From a virus (lineage: Duplodnaviria; Heunggongvirae; Uroviricota; Caudoviricetes), in the IMG/VR virus record IMGVR_UViG_3300015214_000024, positions 265,787 through 329,786 of that record: a stretch of 64,000 bases of DNA. One strand, written 5' to 3'. The translations under genes and the position numbers were made by a program. Below, piece after piece: positions 10,355-19,886 of the stretch (positions are counted from its first letter, which is position 1; every line of letters starts with the position of its first letter). Under the pieces are notes generated by a model. That model worked only from the letters and a program-made list of their open reading frames with translations, made no database searches and was not told the origin of the DNA.

Positions 10355-10788
10355 TGACCATATTTCCACGATTGCCAGAATATGCTTCGTATATTACAAG
10401 CCCGACATTGATTGGTAGTTACGAGCTACTGCAAAGCCGAACTAATGTTCATCCCATTACAGTCAATGAAGGCCAAATGTGGAAACTTAGCTTTTTAGTA
10501 AACCCAAACACAGAACAACTTATTGTCAGGATGACTTTTAGCGACAAACCATTAGAATATCCACTTTTGGGATGGTATAAGTCGTTGCCGCCGGGAGGTA
10601 TTACGGTTTACTTATTTGATGAAAATGGCGACTTCCCGCCACCTCCTGAAATGATAATACAAAATAGAATGGCGGGCTCATCAAAAATCTCACCATTTCA
10701 AATACCAGTATCTCCTGGTCAATATTTCATTAATATGCAAAATTTGTCAAATGTTAAAACGACTTATACAATCAACATCAAAAATTGA
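10354..10788 (+). CDS. hypothetical protein
   Basis: TAATG coupling. Confidence 0.55.
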   Translation: MTIFPRLPEYASYITSPTLIGSYELLQSRTNVHPITVNEGQMWKLSFLVNPNTEQLIVRMTFSDKPLEYPLLGWYKSLPPGGITVYLFDENGDFPPPPEMIIQNRMAGSSKISPFQIPVSPGQYFINMQNLSNVKTTYTINIKN

Positions 10789-10999
10789 TTTAATAGAATG
10801 GGCAGGTAGTTTGCTCGCCATTATTGGCGCTCTACTGATTGCTGCAAATGTCCATCTTGAAGTATTGGCATTCTCGATTTATTTGGTTTCTAACCTTCTT
10901 TTGATTATCTTTTCGTGGCAAAAGAAACATTATGGAATATTGATTATGACTGTGGTTTTTGTTATAATCAACTTTGTAGGTATAATTAGGTGGTTTTAG
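10751..10999 (+). CDS. small membrane protein (PnuC-like three-helix type)
   Basis: Three hydrophobic segments. Confidence 0.5.
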   Translation: MLKRLIQSTSKIDLIEWAGSLLAIIGALLIAANVHLEVLAFSIYLVSNLLLIIFSWQKKHYGILIMTVVFVIINFVGIIRWF

Positions 11000-11000
11000 A

Positions 11001-11453
11001 ATGGTAACGATAAAGATGATTGAAATCCAAGAAAATAATTGGATGATTTCACGTAAAAATTCAATTGTAGGATTCGTCTTCAAGACGGACAAATTAAATG
11101 TTTTAAGTGATGATTATGCAGGTCAATACGCAGATTTTGACGATTTTTCTGCCAATCATAAAGTTAAATTAACATTTGAACAGATTGAGACTAAGGATCG
11201 AGTCCAGCAAGAACTTGAAGGTTTCCCAGTAAAGCATTCCAATGTGTTTAATGTTGAACACGACCCAGTATTATCTTATACTAAATTAGAGCATAGCCAG
11301 GATCGTTACGCTGCTGGATATTATGGCATTAAATTTAAAGAAACGTTTCAGCCATCGTTTTGTCCACGAATGTCAACAATTACTAGTTACGATTATGTAG
11401 GTCCTTTTAAAACTACATTAGAACTACAACACGCTATGAGGACAGGCGTATGA
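11001..11453 (+). CDS. conserved jumbo-phage hypothetical protein
   Basis: YAAGYY...FCP...Y.GPFKT motif. Confidence 0.6.
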   Translation: MVTIKMIEIQENNWMISRKNSIVGFVFKTDKLNVLSDDYAGQYADFDDFSANHKVKLTFEQIETKDRVQQELEGFPVKHSNVFNVEHDPVLSYTKLEHSQDRYAAGYYGIKFKETFQPSFCPRMSTITSYDYVGPFKTTLELQHAMRTGV

Positions 11454-11722
11454 ATGCAATATTGAACCAGTTTATCACGCGAGTTCAGACCGCAGCTAAA
11501 TCTAGATCCAAAAACGTTAGCTTGACTATCGATGAAGCACAATCTATTGTGGCTGAGATAACCAAGTTAGTATCAAGGGATAGTTCAATATTGGATCAAA
11601 TTAATACAATAATTAACACAAGCCAGACTGCAAGATTTGCAAAAGCTGACATTCCGACATCGGATTCAGATATAGTTATTTTAAGTGGTGGCAAATTTAC
11701 TGATGAACAAAACCAAAATTAA
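11450..11722 (+). CDS. hypothetical protein
   Basis: ATGA coupling; ends with a GGKF motif. Confidence 0.55.
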   Translation: MNAILNQFITRVQTAAKSRSKNVSLTIDEAQSIVAEITKLVSRDSSILDQINTIINTSQTARFAKADIPTSDSDIVILSGGKFTDEQNQN

Positions 11723-11981
11723 AAAATTTCGACATCAAAAAAGAATGAAAGAAGTTGCTAAAGAAAAAGAGCAGCGGATTTTGGATGAACGAAAAGCAAT
11801 ATTAGTTCTAAAGAGAAAAAAGAGAAAAGCTGAAACTAAAGAACGCGCTGCCAAGTTCTTTGATGACTGGTCTTCAAACTGGAAGAGTCAAAGATCACAG
11901 GAAAACTTAGCAATTCCAAGTCTAATAACTGATGAATGGGGTAAGTGTACTAAGAAAAAGTCACCTTTAGACGATTACTAA
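11703..11981 (+). CDS. basic hypothetical protein
   Basis: ORF track, K/R-rich. Confidence 0.45.
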   Translation: MNKTKIKKFRHQKRMKEVAKEKEQRILDERKAILVLKRKKRKAETKERAAKFFDDWSSNWKSQRSQENLAIPSLITDEWGKCTKKKSPLDDY

Positions 11982-12079
11982 ACTTTTTTCTTGACTTATA
12001 TGTTATATACGTATATAACAAGAGTGTAGTTGATTAAGTTATCAACTACTTTTTTATCTAACAAAGATGGAGTAAAAAT

Positions 12080-12589
12080 ATGAAGAAAACATTGTTCGGT
12101 GCCGTTGCTGCACTTCTTACTGTCGCTGCTGCACCAGCTATGGCTCAGGATTTCACTGGTCCACGTATTGGCGTTGTCGGCGGTTATGATAACGTCCAGG
12201 CCCGTGAAGGCTTCACCTATGGTGTGGTTGCTGGCGTTGATGCTCCAGTTGCTAATGGCGTTATTGTTGGCGTTGAAGCAACTTTTGAAGATTCGACCAC
12301 CAATGGTGCTGGTATTGACGCTTCCCGTGAACTTGGTGTAGCTGCTCGTGCAGGCGTCGTTGTTCTTCCAAAGGTTCTTGCTTTTGGTAAGGTTGGTTAT
12401 ACCAATGCTCGCGCTGACTTCGCTGGCAGCGCTGCTTCCATTACTCTTGAAGGTCTCCGTTATGGCGGCGGACTTGAGTATGCAGTATCCAAGCACACCT
12501 ACGCAACTGTTGAATATCGTCGTTCAGAATATGAAGACGGTGTTGGCGGTCGTGACGGCGTCCTCGTTGGATTGGGTATCCGTTTCTAA
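12080..12589 (+). CDS. outer-membrane beta-barrel protein (Omp25/OmpA-membrane-domain-like) with signal peptide
   Basis: MKKTLF...APAMA/QD signal peptide, alternating beta strands, C-terminal GLGIRF; GC-richer, biased codon usage. Confidence 0.85.
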   Translation: MKKTLFGAVAALLTVAAAPAMAQDFTGPRIGVVGGYDNVQAREGFTYGVVAGVDAPVANGVIVGVEATFEDSTTNGAGIDASRELGVAARAGVVVLPKVLAFGKVGYTNARADFAGSAASITLEGLRYGGGLEYAVSKHTYATVEYRRSEYEDGVGGRDGVLVGLGIRF

Positions 12590-12612
12590 TCCATATCAAA
12601 ACCAAAAGATTG

Positions 12613-12640
12613 AGTGGGCCATTGTGCCCACTTTTTCTTT
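12613..12640 (+). terminator. intrinsic terminator after the OMP gene
   Basis: AGTGGGC-CATTGT-GCCCACT followed by a T-run. Confidence 0.75.
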
Positions 12641-12657
12641 GATTACTAAATATCTTT

Positions 12658-13410
12658 ATGATACTGAATGAATTAGAATCAAAACCGGAAATAACTTTTG
12701 AATTCCATCCAGAAGCCGAACATTTAAAGGCTGGGATGGTTTGTGATCATTTGTATGCTTACGAAAATGGTAACAAAGTTGGCTATTTGAAAATTGATCG
12801 AATTGATAAAGAGTTATTCAATAAAGAGTGTCCTGATGTTTGGGCATTTATGCAAGAATACCAAGGTAAGCACCTGTTTAGCAATCCAGAAACACCTATA
12901 GCAGACAAGCCCTTCGATGAGCTTGTAAAAGCACTTCGTAGCGGTTTTATGCATCGATATACCAATTATTGGTGTAAGCAAATGAAATGGAATGAAGAGG
13001 ATTCAAAAATAATTGATTCGATTTCAAACGACTATCGCTCTTCTCCCGATGAATGGGCGAAATATAAAGATGTGGTGGTTAGATTTTTTACCGAATGGCC
13101 TAAGAAAACACAAGATGGTAGAAAAGTAGTCAAAGATATGAAAAATAAAGTTGAGTACTTTTCAAAGCCATTTGTTGCTTATATTAATACAAAAGAAAAT
13201 AAACACCAAGGTCTTGTATCTGATAATAGTAAGCGTGGTATCGGCGCTATGTTATATTTGACTGGTGCAAAATGGATCAAGGATAGGGGATTGGCCGCCG
13301 GGCTGTACGCATCATCATTACAATCAGACGACGCTAAAGCTGTTTGGAAAAAATTTGAAAGAGATGGAAGAGTAGTTCAGGATGGTGATAGGAAATACCT
13401 CAATCCTTAG
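12658..13410 (+). CDS. GNAT-like protein, probably late/virion-associated
   Basis: RGIGAMLY...LYASSLQSDDAKAVW; TAAATA just upstream; MILNEL N-terminus. Confidence 0.5.
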   Translation: MILNELESKPEITFEFHPEAEHLKAGMVCDHLYAYENGNKVGYLKIDRIDKELFNKECPDVWAFMQEYQGKHLFSNPETPIADKPFDELVKALRSGFMHRYTNYWCKQMKWNEEDSKIIDSISNDYRSSPDEWAKYKDVVVRFFTEWPKKTQDGRKVVKDMKNKVEYFSKPFVAYINTKENKHQGLVSDNSKRGIGAMLYLTGAKWIKDRGLAAGLYASSLQSDDAKAVWKKFERDGRVVQDGDRKYLNP

Positions 13411-13705
13411 ATTGATTCTCAAACATAATTCTAAATGCTGTCAAATCTGATTGTTCAGTAAAACCAATTATAGTCGATGCATAATCAGCTTTTTCAGCAA
13501 AGCCATTCTGTCTACCAAAATGATCTACATTGTGTATTGGCTTGGTATATCCTTTGATATTGATACTACTGGAATTACCACCAATAATTATCATTTGGCC
13601 AGTTAAATTTTCTCTACACCAACTCATAACTTCTTCGCGTTCTTTAGCGCTCAAATTAGAGAAGAAAATTGTATATAATGGATCTGTTGAACTAAAATAT
13701 TGCAT
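13400..13705 (-). CDS. small hypothetical protein (DLTAF family)
   Basis: AAGGA RBS; FTEQSDLTAFRI. Confidence 0.55.
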   Translation of the reverse strand: MQYFSSTDPLYTIFFSNLSAKEREEVMSWCRENLTGQMIIIGGNSSSINIKGYTKPIHNVDHFGRQNGFAEKADYASTIIGFTEQSDLTAFRIMFENQSKD

Positions 13706-13845
13706 AAATGAGTCCTTATTTGCTTCTTTCGTTTTACGCTAATAAAAAAATAAAGTCAATCAGATTTAAATTGACTAATTAGTGTAGAAATAATAGTATG
13801 ATGATACAGCAACATTTTCGTCAACAACAAACAAAGGAAAAATAA

Positions 13846-14208
13846 ATGTCTGTAGAAACATTCCTAAAAGAATGGGAACAAATTTCATCCGTTGGTACTC
13901 GTAAGGGTGGCCGTGTCTATAACAATGTCGAAGTTCGATTTGCCCGCACCGGATGGGATAATACAGTCAAGCTTCAGCTTTGCATCAGCGCGATGCCAAA
14001 GCAAGGTAACGGCACTTCACTGCTTAGGAAAGCAGTTGAAATGGCCAAGACCCACGGGGTGACCATTCGAGCAACTGCTCAGAATCTTACTCCTTGGAAG
14101 CAAGGTTCAATGAACAAGAACGATATCACCAATTGGATGAAAAAGAACGGCTTTAAGCCAATGTTCACGTGGCCAGATGGTTTTGGCGTTGAAATGGTGA
14201 CTCGATGA
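13846..14208 (+). CDS. GNAT-fold protein
   Basis: PKQGNGTSLL acetyl-CoA motif, W.KKNGF. Confidence 0.6.
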   Translation: MSVETFLKEWEQISSVGTRKGGRVYNNVEVRFARTGWDNTVKLQLCISAMPKQGNGTSLLRKAVEMAKTHGVTIRATAQNLTPWKQGSMNKNDITNWMKKNGFKPMFTWPDGFGVEMVTR

Positions 14209-14402
14209 GCTTATATAAATTTGAGCCATCGGAAGACATAACTGTTCAAGAATTGGCATTGATTGTCAAAACTTTCTTGTTGGCGATTCATCAAGAAGGC
14301 CCAACAAAAAATCTTGAAGTTATGGAAGATTTGGTTGAATTTTTCATTTCAAAAAACCCATCAATAATCAGACACTTCCAAGAAGTGTCTGATTACGATT
14401 AA
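14205..14402 (+). CDS. hypothetical protein
   Basis: ATGA coupling. Confidence 0.5.
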   Translation: MSLYKFEPSEDITVQELALIVKTFLLAIHQEGPTKNLEVMEDLVEFFISKNPSIIRHFQEVSDYD

Positions 14403-15148
14403 TCAGCTAAGCACGTAACTGTTGCTACTTCTTGCCAGCCTGGGCCCATCTTGCTTAGGCTGGCAAGCTTTTTTACCATTCTAAGACTCAATTCGTTTAG
14501 GCTATCCTGATTTGTAATCATAAAAGCCATTAGATCCTGCCGATCTTCATCAGAAAGATCATCCAAAATTGGGGTTTCGTTAATAGTTTTAACAATCCAA
14601 GCCATCATTTCCGCAGGACTACGTAAACCCAAATCAATATAATGAGATCTACTAAGCAAAGCTGATAGGTGTGGCTTTAGTGATTTAGGACCATCCTTGA
14701 AGTCAATGTTAGTCAAGAAAATCACACTTCCTTGAAAGATGAATTCATTAGGGATATGTTCTCGATTCAGAACGTGGCTTTCGGAAAAATAACCAATAGA
14801 TTTGTTGTCATTTAAATCCAATGCCGCCTTCAACAAATTTAGACTGGCTTCGTTGGAGAAGACTGAATCCATATCATCAAGGATTAGCACCGCGCCCTTA
14901 TGGCGATTGGTATAGAGCTTCTTGTATAGATTAATGGGGGTCATAGTGCCTGACAGGCTGTCATATCTAACATCTGTCCCCAAAAGTGGAGCAATGGATG
15001 ACATATAATGTTGCAGCGCCTTTAGCACTGTGAAGGTCTTTCCAACTCCAGCTGGACCTGAAATAATCAATGATGGGCAATTGCTGGCCGCAACTTCGTG
15101 GACCATTCGCTCGATCACTTCAAATTTTGACATTATGCTATTAGACAT
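14399..15148 (-). CDS. AAA+ ATPase
   Basis: Walker A GPAGVGKT, Walker B LILDD, sensor TN, ALLSR arginine finger. Confidence 0.85.
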   Translation of the reverse strand: MSNSIMSKFEVIERMVHEVAASNCPSLIISGPAGVGKTFTVLKALQHYMSSIAPLLGTDVRYDSLSGTMTPINLYKKLYTNRHKGAVLILDDMDSVFSNEASLNLLKAALDLNDNKSIGYFSESHVLNREHIPNEFIFQGSVIFLTNIDFKDGPKSLKPHLSALLSRSHYIDLGLRSPAEMMAWIVKTINETPILDDLSDEDRQDLMAFMITNQDSLNELSLRMVKKLASLSKMGPGWQEVATVTCLAD

Positions 15149-15203
15149 AAAACCTCCTTAGGTAATGTCTAATAGCACTTTTAAATTACGAAGTCAATAC
15201 CCT

Positions 15204-15383
15204 TTAGTCGAGAAGGAAATTTTGAAGATTCGATTTTAAAGCTTGACGAATGCTTCGTCTAATTTGACGATTCGCCATTCTACGCAACTCTGCTCTATCT
15301 TCTGGGTCAGCTGATTGGAAATCGATCTTTGATCTATAGTCTTTTTCAAAGTCGTGGACGTATTTCATATTAATCTGTGTCAT
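15204..15383 (-). CDS. small basic hypothetical protein
   Basis: AGGAG RBS before ATG 15383. Confidence 0.5.
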   Translation of the reverse strand: MTQINMKYVHDFEKDYRSKIDFQSADPEDRAELRRMANRQIRRSIRQALKSNLQNFLLD

Positions 15384-15510
15384 TGCTGTATCTCCTAAGA
15401 AGCAGAAAGGCTCCTGTCCTGAAACAGAAGCCTTAATCTTTTTAAAACAAAGTAGCATATTCAGTTTCCTGAAAATGAAATTAGTAGATCGTTGGATCCA
15501 CTAATATTTA

Positions 15511-15999
15511 TTATAGAACTCCAAGTTCCTCCAACATTTTGATGGAATTTTTTGCACTGGTATGGTGAACAAAACGACCACCATTATCAATCCAAACTTG
15601 GCTGTGTTTTAGTAAATCATCGATCAAAATGTCACCTGGGTTGATCATATGCTTCCATTTATCTCTGGATGGGCAAACTACAATCATTTCAGTACCTGGT
15701 AATTTTTGATCCCTCCACCCTAGCTTCTGTGGCTTGGCCCAATTACCAAACGGGGCACCAGTTAGGATCGTATGATCTAAATGTCTGACAGCATTGTAAA
15801 GTTCCATAGCATCAGCCATCAGTTCTAAATTTAAGAAAAATTGATCATCATTCCTGATTTGGCGCCAAAATTCCTTAGTGCCATACTGATCTTCAAAATC
15901 TTGACCTGGCATACCAAAAATTTCCTCGGCGCGGCGGTCAAAATCTGCTAAAACTCCATCACAATCTAAAAATATGTGTACCATACTGCCTTCTTTCAT
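15511..15999 (-). CDS. HAD-family 5'(3')-deoxyribonucleotidase
   Basis: FLDCDGVLADF, ILT, K, ILIDD. Confidence 0.85.
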   Translation of the reverse strand: MKEGSMVHIFLDCDGVLADFDRRAEEIFGMPGQDFEDQYGTKEFWRQIRNDDQFFLNLELMADAMELYNAVRHLDHTILTGAPFGNWAKPQKLGWRDQKLPGTEMIVVCPSRDKWKHMINPGDILIDDLLKHSQVWIDNGGRFVHHTSAKNSIKMLEELGVL

Positions 16000-16061
16000 T
16001 TACTAAAATCATAATAGTGTATTACTGTGTCAATGTCAACAAACTAACTTCGTACTTACTT

Positions 16062-16586
16062 TTAAATCCTAAGGTTAGACACTATCAATTTAGTTGCTTT
16101 TTCCAAATGCTTGCGCTTAATCTTGAAAGACGTGGATTCAGTACCGCCAAACATTTGTGAATTTGCGTGAATTTCACTCCAAGCAGTGAGAAGTAGATTG
16201 ATTGCTCTTGGATCTTGTATAAGTTGTTCAAGCTCGTCTATTTTTAAAATATGGAAATCCATATCGTGTAAAATATACCAAGCTGTTTCCTCATCGCCCC
16301 CTGCCTCGATCCAAACATTATAGCTCATTTGTGCGTGATTTGGGAAATGCTGCCTGCCTTGTTCATCAACCGATCGACAGCGAGGTTTACCACAATCGTG
16401 ATAAATGTGATATAGGCGTAAGTCTTCAGGCGGCGATGCTAAGCTAATGAGCTTTTTGATTAAATCACCAACCTTACCAAAATCCCATTCGCTGGTTTGA
16501 TTATTATAAAGTTGAACGTAATACTCGTGAACCATATTTCCGTGGTCCATCATATTAACATTCTCAAACTGGTAGCAATTTTTCAT
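16062..16586 (-). CDS. HD-domain phosphohydrolase
   Basis: DHG...YHDCGKP...HFPNHA...HDMDFH. Confidence 0.7.
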   Translation of the reverse strand: MKNCYQFENVNMMDHGNMVHEYYVQLYNNQTSEWDFGKVGDLIKKLISLASPPEDLRLYHIYHDCGKPRCRSVDEQGRQHFPNHAQMSYNVWIEAGGDEETAWYILHDMDFHILKIDELEQLIQDPRAINLLLTAWSEIHANSQMFGGTESTSFKIKRKHLEKATKLIVSNLRI

Positions 16587-16671
16587 TTCTTCTTCAAGCT
16601 GTTTAAAATTCTAACACATTATTATTACTCCTTCAATTGGGTGGATGTCACCATCCACCCAGTGATTAGAT

Positions 16672-17343
16672 TTAATTCAAAAGTTCAAAATTTGCAAAAA
16701 AGTTTCGCAAATATCGATTAGTTATTGGTGAAGTAGCAATAGCCGTAAAACCAATATCATTATCAGATTCAAAGAAGGTGTGATATTTGATCACTCTATT
16801 GTATCTTCTTAACGAATCTTGGACAGCTTTCAAATGATCTTCGTTCTCAACTTGTAATACTATCATATGAGTATTATTGTAAGCTTCAGGGTTCTTCATC
16901 GTGACTTCCTGGATGGCGTGGCAACTTTGCACTACCCTTTGAGCGTGACTAAGATCCTTTCTCACAAGAACATATGAATACGGCTTGCTATATTTTGGAT
17001 TAACATTTTTGCTAATTTCGTTTAGAAATTCAGTAAGCTCTTCAGAATCGTCAATGTCAAAAATTTCCTTCAATTGAGACTTTAATCGATTATGACTATA
17101 CTTCAGTGTCCATTCATATAGCGAACTGTGGCCAACTACATTTGCCAATGATGAATATGGATCTTCACCATTTAGAAGTCGGACTTTCTTTTTAATTGGG
17201 CTAAAACCAGAATGTAGCAAATAAAGTGCTTTGCTTAATGCATCGTCAGAACCGATGCTTCTGGCAATTGCGTAAGCCGCCATATCAACAGCAGTAGGCT
17301 TAGCAGTTTCAAGATACTTTTTCCATTGTGTATAAACGTTCAT
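16672..17343 (-). CDS. peptidyl-tRNA hydrolase (Pth2-like C-terminal domain)
   Basis: YVLVRKDL...VVQSCHA...IVLQV.NE..L...F.E.D...TAIA..PI...LL pattern typical of PTH2. Confidence 0.7.
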   Translation of the reverse strand: MNVYTQWKKYLETAKPTAVDMAAYAIARSIGSDDALSKALYLLHSGFSPIKKKVRLLNGEDPYSSLANVVGHSSLYEWTLKYSHNRLKSQLKEIFDIDDSEELTEFLNEISKNVNPKYSKPYSYVLVRKDLSHAQRVVQSCHAIQEVTMKNPEAYNNTHMIVLQVENEDHLKAVQDSLRRYNRVIKYHTFFESDNDIGFTAIATSPITNRYLRNFFANFELLN

Positions 17344-17344
17344 T

Positions 17345-17445
17345 TTAAATTCTCCTAAATAATCATAAATTTGTGTAAAAGTGTAAAAAGCAAATTTACA
17401 TCATTTAGGGCGGGCTATAATTCTACATCATTTTGTAAACTCCTG
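17345..17445 (-). promoter_or_regulatory. minigene/anti-SD leader of the Pth2-like gene
   Basis: AGGAG-N9-ATG ATG TAG AAT TAT AGC CCG CCC TAA ATG ATG TAA; CCTAAATGAT pairs with ATTATTTAGG over the SD; TTGACA-N17-TATATT promoter at ~17464-17492. Confidence 0.65.
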
Positions 17446-17499
17446 TTTGTTTGTTACCTTACCAATATAGTATGCCAGGCATTAATTGTCAATCATATT

Positions 17500-17715
17500 T
17501 TATAATTTATTTACCTTTTTTCGCTGGTTATAATATGCGAAAAGGCCAACAGAGACAAATGTTATTCCATATAATAGAAAATACGGCCAAATTGCAATCA
17601 CTACCAAATCTTCTTTAATCGGCTTCCGGCGGAAAATGATTAAACCAATGGTAATTAATATCGCAGTAATAGCCATACCAATTAACCATATTGTTTTAAA
17701 CATTATTTCCTCCAC
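17500..17715 (-). CDS. small membrane protein
   Basis: Two hydrophobic segments. Confidence 0.5.
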   Translation of the reverse strand: MEEIMFKTIWLIGMAITAILITIGLIIFRRKPIKEDLVVIAIWPYFLLYGITFVSVGLFAYYNQRKKVNKL

Positions 17716-17757
17716 TATTTAGAAATAGGGCGACGTTGCCGCCGCCCTATGTTCTTA

Positions 17758-18336
17758 TTACTTTGCCGGAGTAAGCTGAATTGGACCAGCTTCGCGACCA
17801 GTTGTGCGAGCACCAGCAGCGCGATCAGTAACGATAACTTTGTAATCATCTGGACCGCCGTGGTAACCAACCTTAATTGTTGGATAACCAGCAATGCTCA
17901 TCATCCATCCCCCAGGGAGAGTGTCGAGAGCAGTAAGATATACGCGCTTAGAATCAATCAAGCGAGTCTGCGCAGCAGTAAAGTCATTTCGTCCAGCTTC
18001 GATAATTTGCTGGATCTGACGGTAAAGCTGCGGATCAACTTGACCTGGATAATTTTCTTGAATCCATTGGAAAGTAGCCTGGCTGCCATCTGGGCCATAT
18101 CGTCCTTCAAAGGCAGCCTTCATTACCTTTTCAAGTGCCTCGGTTTGCATATTTGGGACTTGTGCAGCCTCCTGAACCTTCTGACCATAATTAGACAGAA
18201 TATTATCAACATTGCTGGCCTGTGCAACAATGTCATTTTGCATTCGGTTAGCTGAGTTATTGGCGCTAAAATACATACCAACAAAAATAAGAATTGGTGC
18301 GCCAAGTGCCACCAACGCGATAATCAAACCTTTCAC
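17758..18336 (-). CDS. LemA-like membrane-anchored protein
   Basis: N-terminal TM, helical body, ENYP...LYRQIQQIIEAGRNDF. Confidence 0.65.
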   Translation of the reverse strand: MKGLIIALVALGAPILIFVGMYFSANNSANRMQNDIVAQASNVDNILSNYGQKVQEAAQVPNMQTEALEKVMKAAFEGRYGPDGSQATFQWIQENYPGQVDPQLYRQIQQIIEAGRNDFTAAQTRLIDSKRVYLTALDTLPGGWMMSIAGYPTIKVGYHGGPDDYKVIVTDRAAGARTTGREAGPIQLTPAK

Positions 18337-18402
18337 GTCACGTACTCCTTCTAAAGTTAATACCGATTAACTGACTAGTTATATACTGAATGATATGTAT
18401 TG

Positions 18403-19488
18403 TCAATATCGATAGCGATATGAACCATTGTTCTCAAGTTGGCGGATAATAATGATCATACCGCCAATATTAATAACGAGCATAAAAATAGCAATTATTA
18501 CACCAGCAACTGGTGTAATGGTCTGTACTTCATTACTAAGATATTCAAATTCTTTCATCGGCTTGCGTTCAAATTTTGAGTAGGAGATCGAAACTGATGT
18601 ATCAATTACTTTCTTCATATCAAAGGTCTTTAAATCGAGCAAAGCATCGCGAAGTGTTACTTGAAAAATATCAAATTTTGACCAAGCTTTGACTGATGCC
18701 CATTTAATTTCACCATTTTGTGCTACACCAAGGAATACTACAATATCATTCTTTTCAGCACCATTCCAGCTCGCATATACTGCGTCAGCATAAGTTGGAT
18801 TAAGATTCTTTGTGATAACAAAAATCATATTAGCTTGACGCTTTGGTCCCAACGTTTCAAGCTGCTCACTTAAATAATGTTCATATGAATCGATATTTGG
18901 GATTTTATAATCCGAAACGATTCGATCAATTTTATAATAATCATAAATTCGACCAGGATATTTTGGAAGTTTATCCTTATATTGGGTTAGGTCAATGTGA
19001 CTTACATTAAACAACGAACTACCAGCTGGCTTGATCCAATTAGTGTAGGTATGGGTTGTAGATACTGGATCCCCATTGCGCACGATTGACCAACGCTGCG
19101 GCTCATCTACGCCTTGACGGTCGACGCGGTCAATAGTAAATGTGCCAACGGTAGTATAAACGTCCCAATCATAATCGTGCGAATGCTCATAACAAGTATC
19201 GCATACGGTTGTGGTAGTTTGATTTTGTCCAGATCCAGTCGTAACTGTTCGGCAGTTGCACTGATATGAATGCGAACAGGATACTGTATTTTGTTCCTTA
19301 CCAGTCACCTGGCCGTTCAAAATTTCAGTGCTTGAAGTGCTGACATACATAGCTGCCTGGCAGGCTAAAAATACAGCCAATAAACTACCAATCCCCAATC
19401 CGCCAGATGCAAGTAGGGTTGGTGGCTTGAACCAAAAATGACAAGCAAGTGTAACAACTACACTTAGAATCAAAAATAAACCAGTCAA
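18403..19488 (-). CDS. membrane protein (TPM-like periplasmic domain, Cys-rich insert), partner of the LemA-like gene
   Basis: N- and C-terminal TMs, CSHSYQCNC...CDTC, W.G.EKNDIVV; GGAGG RBS before TTG. Confidence 0.6.
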   Translation of the reverse strand: MTGLFLILSVVVTLACHFWFKPPTLLASGGLGIGSLLAVFLACQAAMYVSTSSTEILNGQVTGKEQNTVSCSHSYQCNCRTVTTGSGQNQTTTTVCDTCYEHSHDYDWDVYTTVGTFTIDRVDRQGVDEPQRWSIVRNGDPVSTTHTYTNWIKPAGSSLFNVSHIDLTQYKDKLPKYPGRIYDYYKIDRIVSDYKIPNIDSYEHYLSEQLETLGPKRQANMIFVITKNLNPTYADAVYASWNGAEKNDIVVFLGVAQNGEIKWASVKAWSKFDIFQVTLRDALLDLKTFDMKKVIDTSVSISYSKFERKPMKEFEYLSNEVQTITPVAGVIIAIFMLVINIGGMIIIIRQLENNGSYRYRY

Positions 19489-19571
19489 ATCGACCTCCTG
19501 TTCGAACTTTCAACTGGTTTATATGAAACAGTAGTAAATGTCAATCAATAGATAAACTATTTGGGATCACA

Positions 19572-19603
19572 AAAATGCCAGGGATTGAGCCCTGGCATTT
19601 AAT
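19572..19603. terminator. intrinsic terminator hairpin
   Basis: AAAAATGCCAGGG-ATTGAG-CCCTGGCATTT. Confidence 0.7.
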
Positions 19604-19615
19604 TTCTAATGATAT

Positions 19616-19873
19616 TTAGATGTTTGCCCGCCAATGAGCCCCTGGCACAATCTTTTCCAAAGTAGTATTTTCTTTAGCCATAGTAGTTTCTAGAAAAATC
19701 TGTAACATAGTTACAACAAAATCCGATCCCAAGGATGAATATATGACTTTGTCCAAAACTTCCAAAATTTGCAAACTTGTTGGTTCGTCATCCCATACCA
19801 TAATTAACTCTCTCATTGATTGGTCAAGTTGACTATCTGGTGCGGAAAGGAGCATATCCTTAAATGGCGGCAT
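19616..19873 (-). CDS. hypothetical protein
   Basis: AAGGA RBS. Confidence 0.55.
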   Translation of the reverse strand: MPPFKDMLLSAPDSQLDQSMRELIMVWDDEPTSLQILEVLDKVIYSSLGSDFVVTMLQIFLETTMAKENTTLEKIVPGAHWRANI

Positions 19874-19886
19874 TCATAATATCCTT

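Noticed and set aside
11996-12496. 166-aa minus-strand ORF and other long antisense ORFs (17749..18255, 35897..36406)
   Set aside because: They are antisense shadows of strongly codon-biased real genes
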